The notes below the pieces were generated by a model. The model had not been told where the DNA came from. It searched no databases and saw nothing but the letters and a program-made list of their open reading frames with translations. DNA of 64,000 bases from Isurus oxyrinchus (Eukaryota): positions 1 through 64,000 of the forward strand of contig JANJGN010002529.1 in assembly GCA_026770705.1 (NCBI GenBank). The letters run 5' to 3'. Positions 34,301 to 47,731 of this stretch are shown here, piece by piece. The position numbers were made by a program, and so were the translations under genes. Numbering within the stretch: position 1 is the stretch's first letter; the number at the start of each line of letters is the position of its first letter.

Positions 34301-37300
34301 TGTGTTATCAAGCAGTTAGGGACCACTAATGTTTTGTTTAAAGTAGACAAAGTTCGAAATCCCGGTTGCTTACTATCAGAATACAGCCACAATATTTCAC
34401 AGTTTCGAATAAACAAAATAAGCTTTGGCAGCACCATGCAAATGGAACAATGTAAAACAATTTGCAATATCAACCTGATACTCTAATATTCATAATTAAC
34501 ATAAGGTAAATATGAAATAGTGAGCAAATCGTGGTTGAACAGACCTCATTGCATATTGAAAGGCAGATGAGACCAAGACAGATTCCATGGATTTCTCAGC
34601 AAACCACCAAGACGTCAATGAGCACAGTGAGCCACAGAATCTTTGTCTCCCTCACGAGGGATTCCTCTCTTCATTTTCAAAGAACAACCCTCTGAATCCT
34701 CTCGAAAGCTGCTCTGACTTGGACTGCCTCACGGCTGTTCACCTCCCGGTGGTTTGATCTTAAATGCCGATTTTCCATATCAATCTCTAATCATTGGCAC
34801 AATTTCAGTTCTTGAACATACAGCTAGCTTCACTGCTGCCACTGCCCGGGCATTTTACTGAGCTCCAATCTCCCCATCTGCACCAAGCTATCAGTGGCTC
34901 CCACAGCTTCCACTGAGCCCTAACCCTCTTAGCAGCATGGAGACTGCCACCTTCTGCTGCCTTTCTCTACTGCCCAGGGCTTCTGAACTCTAAGTGCACG
35001 GAGCTATCAAACGGCATCTGTGACTTCTCCTGAGCCCCAGCTCTACATAGCCAGCTAACAGCATCCTGTTTGCTGCCTGGTCCATCTTTCTTGCTGATCA
35101 ACTCACACAGTAACCTGGGTTTATCTTTTCCCGCCACCTGTAACCATGCCCGTGTCCCATTGTCGTGTTTGTGAGCCACCATCACCACGCAGGCGCCTTG
35201 GTGATGACTGCAATGCTCCCCACTGCAGATCACTGGGCTGAGTATGCGCAGACTGGCACATTCCAATCTCATGCTGAAACCCCCAGGGCATTCTGTGCTT
35301 GTCATCCTCCGCCTCTGCCCGCCCCGGACAAACAGGTAAGATCACATCCTTAACTGGTGAAAAATAATAAAACCCCCTCATGCTGTTCTGCTTCCATCAG
35401 AGTCTCTCAGTGCATAAAACTCTCTGTCACCTTAATAACAAATCATCCACTCAAGCTCCCTCAATCGAGGTATGTAAATCTCATATTCCATCGCCGACAG
35501 TCTCTTGTTGTCTGTACTGAAGGAATCCTGAGTTATCGAATATGCTGTCTTTCTGGGTGAGATGATGAACGATGGCCTATGTTTACGCCCTCAGGTGAAT
35601 TGCAAAATGTCTCATTGTCTCTATTCAACAATTTAAAAAAAATAGCAAAGTGTTCCCCCCAGTTCGCTTGGCCAATATTTATCCTTCATTTAACACCAGT
35701 GGAACCAGTTTTATGCTCATTTATCACATTACTTTTTGTGGAATCTTGCTCTGCCCACATTTTGTTGCCGCGTTTCCTGCGTTACTACAGTTTCTAATTG
35801 GCTGTAAAGCCCTTTGGGCGCCCTGAGGCCGGGAAGGGCGCTATGTAAATGCCTGATTGTTTTTCTTTCTTTCATTCAGTCTTTCTCAGCAACAACTCCA
35901 CACCTCAGAGACTCGATCTCCACGTTTAGCCCTTACACTTAAAATAACGTATTTGATAACATGAGGAGTTATTTTTGAGACGTGAATTTTGGCCCCGAAT
36001 GTGCTGCCTGGAAGGAAGCTGGGCACGGATTAAACAGTAACTTCCAAATGGGAATTGGATAAATACTGGAAAAGAGGGGCAAAGTGAAAAGAGCAGGAGA
36101 GTGTAACGAACTGGCAGTTATCTACTATTTCTAAAGGGAAATACGGCTGGAGTAATGGACACAATCGTTTCCTTTCAGAATGAATAACGTCATTTATTGG
36201 AAAGTGGAGACAAATTTGCAGTTTACTCATCAATACAAACATGGCCGGCTTTCAGCTCCTTCTTTATAAAAAGCTGGCAGTTTTTGTTTTTACCCCCGCA
36301 CTCCCAGCCCCAACGCCCCACCCTCCCTTCCAAACATTGTAGTCCGATGTCTTCACCTTGTTCGCTGAGTTGAAGTGCCTCTCTTGCTAACTGAATAGTT
36401 CTTTAAGAAACCCAGCATGGGCGCAGTGTTCGACTGACATCGCCCAATGCTGTGTAGGTGTCAACCACGCTTTTCGCGACCTCAGGCCAACCCAAAAGTG
36501 TGTCATGGTGGCCGAGGTGGCGCGAAAGGTTATCGGAGGTTGGCGGGACTTTGAGGTCGATGTTACAATCAGATCAGTCAGGATGTTATTGACTGGTGGA
36601 ACGAAATCGAGGGTTCGAGTGATCTGTTCCTGCTTCCATTACATATATTTGCACATTAGCATGGTCTAGTGTATATAAAAAGCGACAGGGAAGGACTAAT
36701 GCTACAGAAAGAAAAACTGTTTCTAACGTAATATGAATAGAGATAAAAGGTGCCATGACATAATCACTGGGATGGTATTTAATTTGATAAAAGGAGATGC
36801 GGTTTAATGCGATGGAGACAATGTGTAGTTGATTAATACTAGAGCCAGCAACTACGGTAACATGAACAAAGGCACGGTGCACTGCATTGCTAACTGAGAC
36901 CGGGATTTCCGTTATGTCTCATGCTCAAGGATAATAACAATGGCAGCATGATCTTATGTAAATTAAACAAAAGCATGGTCGCCTGCAGTAATAAATGAGA
37001 CAGCGTTTAGTTCAAGATAACCAGGGGCATGCATTAGCAAACATTAATAATGATGTGCTTCATACAGACGTGCACTCTATTTATTATCTCCATAGGGTGG
37101 ATGTGGAAAATATGTTTTCCCTTTTCAGGGAGACCATAACTAGGGGACAGAGTTTAAAAAATATGTGGTCTCCAATTTAAGATAAGGAGTTTTTTTTTGT
37201 GGCTCAGAGGGTCGTGAGTCTTTACAGTCTCTTCCCCAGAAAGCGGTGGAGTCTGGGTCATTGAATATTATAAAAGCTGATTTAAATAGATTCTTGATTG

Positions 37301-39329
37301 ACAAAGGAGTAAAAGATTATCACGGGTCGAAAGAAAAATGAAGTTGAGGCCACAATCATGTCAGCCATGTTCTTAGTGAATGGCAAAGTGAGCTCGAGAG
37401 GCCGATAGGGCTACTCCTCCTCCTAATTTGTATCTCCGTATGTACTCTTTATGCAATGTCGTCATTATTTTATTACGGTAAATATTACTTGCGCAGAAGG
37501 AGGCGGGGATGTTGTGGAAGAGTAGGATTCCAGTTACAGTGGGAGTCGGTATTTTTCAGACAATTTCAATTTGTCGCCAATAAAACGACATTCAGTTAAA
37601 AAATGATTTACAAAATTCCCTGTCTGAATAGGACACATTGAGGAGCTATTTTGGCTGAAAGCGTTGTTAGCCATCTTCTTCAGATCTCCATGTGTGACTG
37701 GGCCATGGAAACAATGATTCGTAGAGGTCACTGTAAGTCTCCTGTGCCATAACACCTGCGGTTTAATCATAAACCCTTGCTCTTAATGCACCACCATGTT
37801 CCGTGCGATGTCACAAAGCAAAGGCACCACGTGTGGCAACAGAGAACGGAGAGTTCTGTAAGTTTGGGGCAAGGATGAGGTCTGGAGAGCCATCCAGTGG
37901 AATCCCGCCTGTGAATCACGGATTCTCCATTTCTTCTCAAATATTGCTTTATGATTTTCCTAAATTATTATTATGCCAGTTCATTACAGATGCTATTACG
38001 TTGATTTTATTAGCACTGTAAATCTCGTTTTTATTGTTTTCTTGTTGCTAAAGATTATTCTCTACATCATTTCTGAGATTATGGCCTCAGTTCCCTGGTA
38101 TGCCCAAGTCACTAACACAAACCATGTTCATTTGCATTAGCGACATAAACTTTGCATTACTAATTCCACGGTTGATAAAGTTGCAGTGTTCATTTCCTAA
38201 GGACGGAAGCCCTGTGTCACGTCTTGCCTCTTCATCAAGAATGGACATCAATCAAAATTAAAGTTATTCAATCAAGGTTGATAAACATTTTGTAATTTAT
38301 ATATGTCAGTTCCTTACAAATTTTATTTCGATCGATATTGATCATCATCTAAACGTGTCAATTAGATGCCGAGAAATTCTCTCTCGATACGGCCGAATGA
38401 AAGACTGCAAGGACAGGAACAGCACAGGTATGATGCAGAACAAATCTCCCTCTACTCTGCCCAAACTCTCATTTCCAGACTAACCGCATGGGTTAGATAC
38501 AAAGCCCTCTGCAACTCCCCAGAAAACACTTTCAGGGTAGATGGAGCAAGGAACAGATACAGGGTAAAGCCCTCGCATGCTGTACCATCAAATGCTCCCC
38601 AGAGCAGACACAGCACGGAATAAAATACTGAGATTCTGGTTCAATCAGGGGCGATTAACCGTGACATTGCGAAAGAAGCATGCATACAAAATGTAATTAA
38701 ACAAATAACATTTTATTCTATTGAATTACGCTGAGTGTGTACGTTGCACATTTTAGTTACATTTTATCAAACGTTCCTTGTCTCGCTTTCACTTCTGAAG
38801 TCCGTTTGAACAGCATCAGCAACTTATTCCTCACTTCTTGCACTCAACACTGATTTCTTTCTCCTCCTTTACTCGTTTCAATTAATACTTATTTGTAAGT
38901 TGCTTTCGCTTCTCGTCGATTTTACATTTTAGTTTTTTTTTGCATGAGGCAAATAGAAATGGCACGTTTTGCTATTTTACTTTAGATCATTAATTGCATT
39001 GAGCACCTGACGACTATCATAATTCATAACACCCAATTAAATACAGGCCAGGGCATGACACGATTAATCCGAAGTCTGGCTACCATGCTCGAAAGTCATG
39101 CGGGGACTATCAACAAACTCACTGAAATGGGGAAAAATATATCGGACGAAGCAGGCAAAAGTGATGTTTGCAGCACTTATAGATCCTGAGCACTGGAACA
39201 AGCGCGAGGGAATTTAAGACAGATTAATGAAGGGGGGTAGATCCTTTATGGGTAACTAATGAGCATTTATTTAACCTTTCACGATGCAAGGGTCTTGACT
39301 TGACCATTGCCTGCTCAGAGGCTTAAAAT

Positions 39330-40200
39330 GCGTATATAGAATGAATGTTGAATGTATAGTGAATAGTAATATGCTAATAGGTATTGTATTAGTAATACCT
39401 GTCATTCCTATTTCAACACTCGGCAGGACATAGAGTAGAAATTATTGGCGTTATATGGCAGAATTACTTCATTAGGTATCATGACATTCCACCATATGCA
39501 GTAGACATAGAAAGGAATATAGTTAGGACCACGTTAGAAGAGTGCAGGATAGAGGCCAACGCAGTGGTATGCACACCCAATAAAAGAGACAGGTGAAGCT
39601 AAGTGCTGATTTAAAGCAGCAACAACATTGTACAATGGAAACAATATGGGCTGCAAAAGAACCGACCCATGTTGCATACATGGGGAATGGGAGAGATTGT
39701 ATTACCACGTGGCAGCAGAAGATCCAATACGGGAACAACCGATGTGACCATACATAATCATTCAGTGTGCCAACACTCACAGGCGCCAGCAAGGGTAGGG
39801 TAAGTGGAACTGGTTGAAATGTACAAGAGAAGAACGACTACTATTCAGGTCAAGGAAAGCTGCAAGGATAACGTGGCACAGTATTTCAACCAGTTGTCCC
39901 ATGAAACTCCCACTTTACCCGAGCACCTAACCAAAATTCGGAGACAGGCTCAGCAGATATACAAAACATATTATAAACTACAGCAACAGGGTGGAGCATT
40001 AAAAGAGGATATCGAGCAAATAGCTTCCTCCACATGGTGGTGGAGGAATTGGGGCTCAAATGTACAAATACAGCCGTGGATTCGGACGACCTCCTATGCA
40101 CTGGTTGTGATTCAGCTGATACTAGTTACATATTTAAGATACTTGATTCATCGTACCCAAAAGTGGCAAAAGAGGTGGTGCTGGGGGAGTTTTTGAAGCC
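39330..40200 (+). mobile_element. Degenerate env-like region of an LTR retroelement
   Basis: ORF 39804-40196 has a helical stretch, a Trp-rich segment (STWWWRNW) and a hydrophobic TM-like stretch, directly upstream of a candidate LTR. Confidence 0.45.
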
Positions 40201-40362
40201 AGAGGCTTGAATTGGAGGGCCAGATGACACAGGTGACCTGGCAGTAGCCATTACAATCAAAAGCTGGACGACTGGCCAGCATCAATGGGCAACGGTGTGT
40301 AAAGGGACGGACAGTATCACTATTGTTGGCTACCTTGGGCTAGTCCATGGGCCAAAAGGGCC

Positions 40363-40929
40363 TGTTAGGGGGAAGAAAGTAAATGAGAATTTATGGTAAG
40401 GGAGAATTCATTATAAGGGAATGAATTATTTAAATTAGAATCTATAGGCAGGCCAGCACAAACCAGTAAATCAACAATTAAACAGTTAAACCGGATGAAC
40501 CTGACACACTCTCAAACTTTGTCCACCCTCAGGGTTTGCAATCACTAGCAAGGTCCTGGGAGTTAGACTGGAGACTTAGGTTGGAAAACAACGAAGTTTA
40601 TGTGTGCTCTTCAACAGATAGGAGAAGGACAGATGGTCCCAGTTTAGATGGGAGGGAAAGTCTCTGCCTGGGTGAAAATAGGGACATGCAATGCATGTAC
40701 CTGTTACCAGAGATTTATGTTTAACGTAAACCTACATGTTGACGAGATCGGAATCTGGAAACTGTTCTTGTATGTGACCAATAATGTATTAATATGTTGA
40801 ACACTTGTAATTTAGCAGAGTGCTATCTCAAGCTGTATCGAGATGGTTCTCTCCTTGCAATTGCTCGAATAAACGATCGTGACCTGCACCTGAGTCTCCT
40901 GTGGTCCATTTGTCAAAGTGACCACAACA
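40363..40929 (+). mobile_element. Candidate 3' LTR
   Basis: TGTT...AACA termini, preceded by a purine tract (AAAAGGG); AATAAA at 40868. Confidence 0.55.
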
Positions 40930-41404
40930 CATATACACTATCTAAAGCGCATGTGTGTACAAAACACATCATTCCGTTTGCAAATGCAAGTCACTGGTTA
41001 TCTTACACACACCAGGTCTCATTTAACATTGTGCAAGGACATGTCATTGCTTAAATAACAGGCGATCCTGTTTAAACTTTGATTACACTTCAGAGTTTCT
41101 CTTTTTATATAACGTGAATTTCTGGCTCAGTTATTGATGAAGTAAAACAGATACACGTTTACATTAGATTAGTTCCTTTCTCTGGTATGAATTTATGAGA
41201 ACATGTCTCTATTAAATTAAACCGGTTCTCTTCAGGAGATTAGTTCATATCTTGTGATTACATCATGACATATTTCGACTCTGTTCATGTGACAGCAGAC
41301 ACCTGTTTTGTTTTCATTTCATTAGATCATCCACTGTCGCTGTTAATATTATAAGAGGGTATGTCATTGTTTTGCTGTGTTTTGAACCTCCCGCATCCAT
41401 CTAC

Positions 41405-41585
41405 ACTCTGAAATAAAAATGGAAAATACAGGAAAAACTCAATATGCCTGGCAGCATCTGTGGAAAGAGGAACAAAGTTAACGTTTCATGTCCTCATGAC
41501 TCTTCCACAGACACTGTCAGGCCTGCTGAGTTTTCCAACCTTTTCTGTTTTTATTTCTGATTTCCAGCATTTGCTTTATTTTGCT
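41405..41585. mobile_element. Hairpin formed by inverted Penelope-like termini
   Basis: GGAAAAACTCAATATGCCTGGCAGCATCTGTGGAA is inverted relative to TTCCACAGACACTGTCAGGCCTGCTGAGTTTTCC. The centre resembles the Penelope terminus at 60290-60328. Confidence 0.6.
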
Positions 41586-42265
41586 CCCACCCAAACTCTC
41601 TCACCAACCGATGAGCAGATAGGTGGCCTTCAATGTTCCGAATGAGATTGGGGATCTGACGCTGAGCAATTAGCTGCAGCATTTCTTATAAGGGTCTTCA
41701 TCCAGTGTGAAATACCACTGCAGTGTTGTGTAACAATAGAGTTTTGGAGGAGGTCAGTAGGCCACGATGTGTATTCCGGGTTTCTGATAGATCCATCAAG
41801 TTACTTACTTTCCCTTGCTCTTTTCCAAATGTCGTCCTGTTCCAGTATTTATTAATGAACATTTGAAAATTTTAATCCACTGTGCGCCCAGCTCCCTTTC
41901 AGGCAACAAATTTCAGATCACGATTCACTGAGAAAGGAAGAATTTCCCATTTGTTCAAATGCTTTCCTTTCTGTATTCGGTGTAAACTTCGAGGGGTTAG
42001 AGACTTAGCGGTATGACTGAGAAAGAAAGAAAGAAGGAAAGAAAGAAAGAGAAAGGAAGAATCAGCCTTTGTATCTCATCTAGGCAGGCAGCAACTGTGA
42101 TATTTCAAAATCCCTTCAGACAGGGGGACTGTCGCCATTGGAATACGGGCCTTACATCGCTCAAGTCCAAGAGACAGAGCCTAGGACATTTTTTATGCTG
42201 GACAGAGTGACACACTGAACTACTCTGATGGAAGTGAATTAACGCAAAGGTGTTTTAACCTGTTT

Positions 42266-44716
42266 TTACCATTTAAAGCAAACAGTGACCGTGGTGAAGG
42301 GACACATCATGACTTTCTTCAGCTGTTCTCGGAACTTGTTCTGGGTCACGACATAGATGAAGACATTGTTGCAGGAACTGAACAACTGGAGCATGTTGGT
42401 GGTCTCCTGAAGGATGTAATCTGGATCATTGAAATTCAGGCTGGTGAGATAACCCTCGCCTCTAATCCGTACATAGAGGAAATGTCCAACAAAGATGGCC
42501 CACAGGAGGAGGAAGCTGAGCGAGATGGCAAAAAGCAGGACAATGGACCGCTTGCGATTGATGATTTCCTGGTCTCCGTGACTCTCGGTGCCCCGGAGCC
42601 TCCTGCGGGCTCTGCTGGCCATTAGAATGTGCCTTACGGTCAGGGCATTGAGAAGCAGAATGAGGAGGAATGGGAGAAAGGGGGTTAAGATGTGGTCCAG
42701 CCAATCGAAGGCATGCCAGGCGGTAAGAATATAAAAGGCAGGCTTAATGGCACAGAAACAGGACACTCCGTCCAGGATGTACAAAGGCTGGTAGCTGAAG
42801 TAGAAAGGGGCATTCCTCACGCAGCTCAGGGCGCTGACCAGTCCTATAACCAGCAACGCAGTTTTCTCAGTGCAATATCTGGTCTTCAGGCTCTGACAGC
42901 AGATGGCCACAAAACGGTCAATGGTGAAGGCGACCGTCAGCCAGACTGAGACATCCCGGATGGTAAAGACCAGCACATTGCTGAGTGCGCATGCGGGAGT
43001 GGTGGAGAGGACACTGTCCTGAAAGTAGATGCGGCCGATCCGGTTGAGGATGCCGGCGGTGATGATGACCAGGAAATCGCTCACCGCGATTGCCACCAGG
43101 TAGTAGGTGGTGCAGCGGGAGAGCCCGCAGCACCCTCGAGATAGAATTACGATTGCTAGCAAGTTGGCTGTGAGGGATAAAGGGGTAGAGATGTTACCAA
43201 GTGGATTCCAAACATGAGATACTGCCTCATCGAATCTGTTACTTAAACCCTCCTTACCCGTCATTTTGCCACCTCCAGGCTGCGACTATTGTCAAGTCTT
43301 TGGTAATTGTCTGGCATCCAATGCTGGATTAACTATTAGTCAAAACATGAGGCAATCCTCTCATTCTCACTCCAAACTTCACTCTCTGTACACTGAGGCA
43401 ATCTTCAGGCCTAACTATCCAATTTAAGATTATCTGAAACATTTGCTACCGCTGCCCTTATTGGCATAAAACGGCAAAAGTTCCGCCCATCCATCAGCCC
43501 AGTGCCCCCCTGAATGGCAACGTCTCTGTTTTAATAACCTCGTCCGTCTATTTTTAATTTCTTCTGTTATCTCACCTTCTTCAATTCCTGTAACACACTG
43601 CAACTGTCTGAGATCCATCATATGCTTCCAATTCTGCAGTTTCGTGCCCCTGGCATTAATCTTTTCATTTGTAGAGGTTCAGCGTTTAGCTGCCGATGCT
43701 CTGATCTCTGAAAACCTCTCCCTCTACGGTTCCAGCTCTTCTTTCCTCTTTAGAACGTTCCTTAGAAGTAAACTCTGTGAGTACCCTTTGGTCAAATATC
43801 CCCTTGCGCCGTTCAGTATGAAATTAATCAGGTGAAGTTCCTGTGAAGCATCCGTGCCATACATACAGGATCGGCTGAAGAAACAAATGCAACCCCACTT
43901 TCTGAAGTGGAAACTAGTGAAGAGCAATAAATGTTGATCTTGTCACGGACACCCACATCCCGCTGATGATTAAAAATATAACTATCCAAAATTTATAAGA
44001 CCTACCAGCACAAAGCAAAGCACATTAAAAATCTTGAGACCTCACTCCCCTTTTTCAAACGATTCCATAATTAAATCCCAAAGCCAGATTAACAATTAGG
44101 ACTGCCCAGTGGGAAATCATACTGTAAATTTTACATACTTCTAGAGGTTGCATTGTATATGTGTATTATCACTGAAAGTATTTTATATTACAATTCATTT
44201 AATTGAATAATTGCACTGTAACAATTAATTTTCTGATATATTGATAGGACCAGCGCACGAAAATGCATGTCAGTATATGATGATATGCAATGATCTCGCT
44301 CAATACTCAAAATGCTACATTGCATTTGACTGGATTAGAATAAAACACGATGTTCAACAATATAACAGGTTAATGTCTATGCAAAGGCAAACATTACAAT
44401 TCATATCTCAGCATTCTAATAAAAAGCATTTCTCTAAATATGCAGCATAAAAAATTGAATAATATTTTGCAATGCCCCATAATGCAAGCGCAAGTAGAGC
44501 TATAATGCAACATAACACAGTATAATATCATACAGAGCACCGATATAATTCGATTGAACTCCCTTAAATGCAGACTCTGAAGAGAAGAGACTAAACATCT
44601 GGAGATTTACATCAACACAAACATTTATTCGGGATTCATCACTTACCAGGCGCACCAATAACAGCGAGAATGGGATAGCAAATAGCGAAGAAGAGGCCTT
44701 TCGCTGGCCCGTGCAT
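42266..44716 (-). CDS. Intact two-exon GPR139/GPR142-like class A orphan GPCR (~323 aa)
   Basis: Exon 1 44716-44647 encodes MHGPAKGLFFAICYPILAVIGAP and ends G|GTAAGT. Exon 2 43167-42266 follows CCTTTATCCCTCACAG and encodes (A)NLLAIVILSRG..TIDRFVAIC..NVFIY. Seven hydrophobic segments; 972 nt spliced, in frame. Confidence 0.9.
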
Positions 44717-45229
44717 CGTCTCTCAGAAACTCAAGGAATTACCGAAGCTGTGTATCAAAGCATCCCTCATTTATTCTAAATGACAGTCTCCAGAGGGACA
44801 ATGAATGCACCTTAGTTACAGGTCAGTGAACAAACAGATTGACTCACTGTTTCTCTCTTCCATTTGTTCCTCTGGGCTAACTGTTTGCTGAAAATTATGT
44901 GGTTCCCCTTCCCCACAAAAGCGTCTTTGGGTCTTCCTCAAGAGCAGCCGCCGATGGCAGACACTGAGCTTGTTACCCGATCCCGAAGCAAAGACCGTCT
45001 CTTCCAATCATTGTCACGTGCCCCATTATTTCGTGCTTTTTGGTGTCAGATTAGTCTGTGTATTTTTAAAAAACTTTTTTTGATGCTTTAATGTTCCCGA
45101 AATATGTTAAGAGATATCCAAGTGAACTGGTTGAAATCATTGTTGGCGCTTAACAACACATCTTCTCCGACCCTCACACAGCGAGCACAAAAAAGGCTTT
45201 CAAAGGTATAAGAACTGATTACATAAGAA

Positions 45230-46270
45230 CATAGTACTGGGAACAGGAGTGGACCGTTCGGCCCCTCGAGCCTGCTCCGCCATTCAATAAGATCGTGGCT
45301 GATCTTCTTGTGTTTTGATTTCCACATTCCTATCTAACCCAAATAACTGTGATTCCCTTGCCTAACAAGAATCTGTCTACCTCTGCTTAAAACTATTCAA
45401 TGACCCCGCCTCCACTGCCTTCTGAGGCAGAGTTCCAAGGACGCACAACCCTCTGAGAGAAGAAAATTCTCCTCATCTCTGTTCTCAAAGGGTGAACACT
45501 TATTTTAAAACAGTGCCCCCTAGTTCTGGGCTCACCCACAAGAGGAAACATTCTTTTGACATCCACCTTGTCACGGCCGTTCAGGATTTTGTATACGTCA
45601 ACGAAATCACCCCTCACTCTTGTAAACTCCAGTGGAAACAAACCCAGTCTGTCCAACCTTTCCTCATAAGACAACCCACTCATTCCAGACATCAATCTAG
45701 TAAATCTCCTTTCAACCACCTGTAATGCATTTACAACCTTCCCTAAAAAAGTAGAACAGAACAGCACACAGTATTCGAGGTGCCGTCTCAACAATGTCCT
45801 GTATAACTGAAGCATATCATTCGTACTTTTATATTCAATCCCTCTCGTAATAAAGCATAGCATTCCATTAGCCTTCTTACTTATTTCCAGTGTCCGCAAA
45901 ATCACTTTTTGTGACTCGTGAGCTAGAACACATGGATCCATCTGCACCTCAGAATTATGCAGTCATTATCCATTTAAGTAATACTTTGCTTTTTTCTTCT
46001 CCCTGCCAAAGTGAACACCTTCTTATTTTCCCACATTACACTCAATTTATCAGGTCTTTGCCCACTCACTCAACCTATCCATATCCACCTGCAACCTCCT
46101 CATGCCCTCTTCGCAGCATACTTTCCTACCTATCTCTGTGTCATCTGCAAATTTAGCTAGCATGACTTCACTCACCTCATCCAAATCCTTGATGTAAATC
46201 GTTAAAAAAATGAGGCCCCATACAGACTCCTCTCATTACATCCTGCTAAACCGAAGAAGAGCCATTTATC
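45230..46270 (-). mobile_element. CR1-type LINE 3' portion
   Basis: ORF 45393-45947 (KKANGMLCFITRGIEYKS..HLEYCVLF..SYEERLDRLGLFPLE..RGD) plus 3' tail. Confidence 0.9.
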
Positions 46271-47242
46271 CACGCTCTCTGCTGTCCGCCAGCCATCCAG
46301 GTAACTGAAGTTAACCTTTGACTTTAACAAGCATTGGAAGTAAACCGTTGCTTCAGATCACAAAGAGCAAGAGAATAGAATTTCGACTAATATAGTGGAT
46401 TATATTTTTAACATTTTACTGAAAATAGCTGCCATCCTGAGTTTCCCATCTGACTTTCCTAAATAACACTGAGTTATCCAAAATCTTGATTTGGAGGATG
46501 TGTGTAAACAAAACATGGTGGAGAAAGCCAGATGAAAGTTAATGAAGCTCGTTGAAATCAGCGGTAAGCTGCTCTGTGTTCACCCTGACATTGATCGCTC
46601 AGATATAAAGAGTTGTTTCGGGTCTCTGCTCAAATATTTTTTGCAGATTGTTGCAAATCGTCTCAGCTCCTTTGAAGGCACAGCGCACCTTTGTGCAGGT
46701 GTGAGACCCAGTCAAGTAACATCATCGAAGTGATTCTAGAAGTTGAGACAGTTCCAGGAATTGCAATATTTAATATGTTACACATACGAACAATGGCAGT
46801 GAGCAAATCCAGCCTTCCCTACACACCTTAAAACGTTAATGCAGCAACTCGCAGGGCAGCCGCTGTTGAAATGTAGGAAATGCGGTAACTAATATATACA
46901 CAACAAGCTCCCACAAAAAGGCAATGTGGTAAGCTCTTTTAGTGATGTCGGTTTAGACATTTGAATAGGTCCAGGAAACTTGAGAGAAATCCTCTATCAT
47001 TCTACCAAATGGAGGCCTGGAATCATTTTATCTAAGAGAGTCGCCGGACCCTCGGTTCAACGTCTCCTTTGGCACCCAAGAATCAGCCTGGATTGTGGAC
47101 TGAACTCTCTGGAGTGAGAATTGAATTTATAAGCTTATAATTCAGATGCAGGAGTCAGACCGACTGAGCAGCGGATGGCACTAACAGAGTAGGTCATGTT
47201 CGTTTGACCTAGAGAGAAAGCGTATGGCAGTTCTATATCGCT

Positions 47243-47731
47243 GAAGTTTTTGCAGCGACAGATGAGTTTGAAACAATTGTGATCCTCAGCACACAGAAAG
47301 ATGCGGCGGTGTCCTAGATTTCCTCTCCAGTGATCGATAAAGGAAACTTTTTTTTCTGCATTAGTCTGCTTGGCCTCGAATCTTCTCTTGGCAAAATCCA
47401 TGTCAATTTTCCTGTTGTTATCCCGATGAAAAATAAAACGGGGAGCCTTTGTGCGCTGTCAGTGCCACTACAGATCGGGTTCACGGAGGTTTGTTGTGTC
47501 TATTACCTACAATCTTATATCACACCATCTCATTCAGCCACGTAGAGTGTTATCTGAGCTTGTTATACCGAATCTGCCCGGATCTCCCTTGAAATAAAAC
47601 AGAACTGAGGGGCAGCTATAACTCTAACTGTGTTAGAACGCCTCATGGCACCACAAAAGTGTAAACAGATACCAGGCCTGGCCGTACTTGCCGAACACCA
47701 ATCAGAATATAACGGGACAGCGGTACGACAT
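47243..47731 (-). pseudogene. TCR V pseudogene (family of the 0.6-kb V)
   Basis: Leader remnant at 47731. Exon from ~47587 has many stops and frameshifts (..DFAKRRFEAKQTN..EI*DTAASFCVLR). RSS: CACAATT, 23 bp, AAAAACTTC; the spacer is almost identical to that of the 0.6-kb V. Confidence 0.85.

Noticed and set aside
43168-43264. N-terminal 32 aa of the 332-aa GPCR ORF
   Set aside because: Better explained as intron read-through. A proper exon 1 exists at 44716-44647, and the paralogue lacks this ATG.
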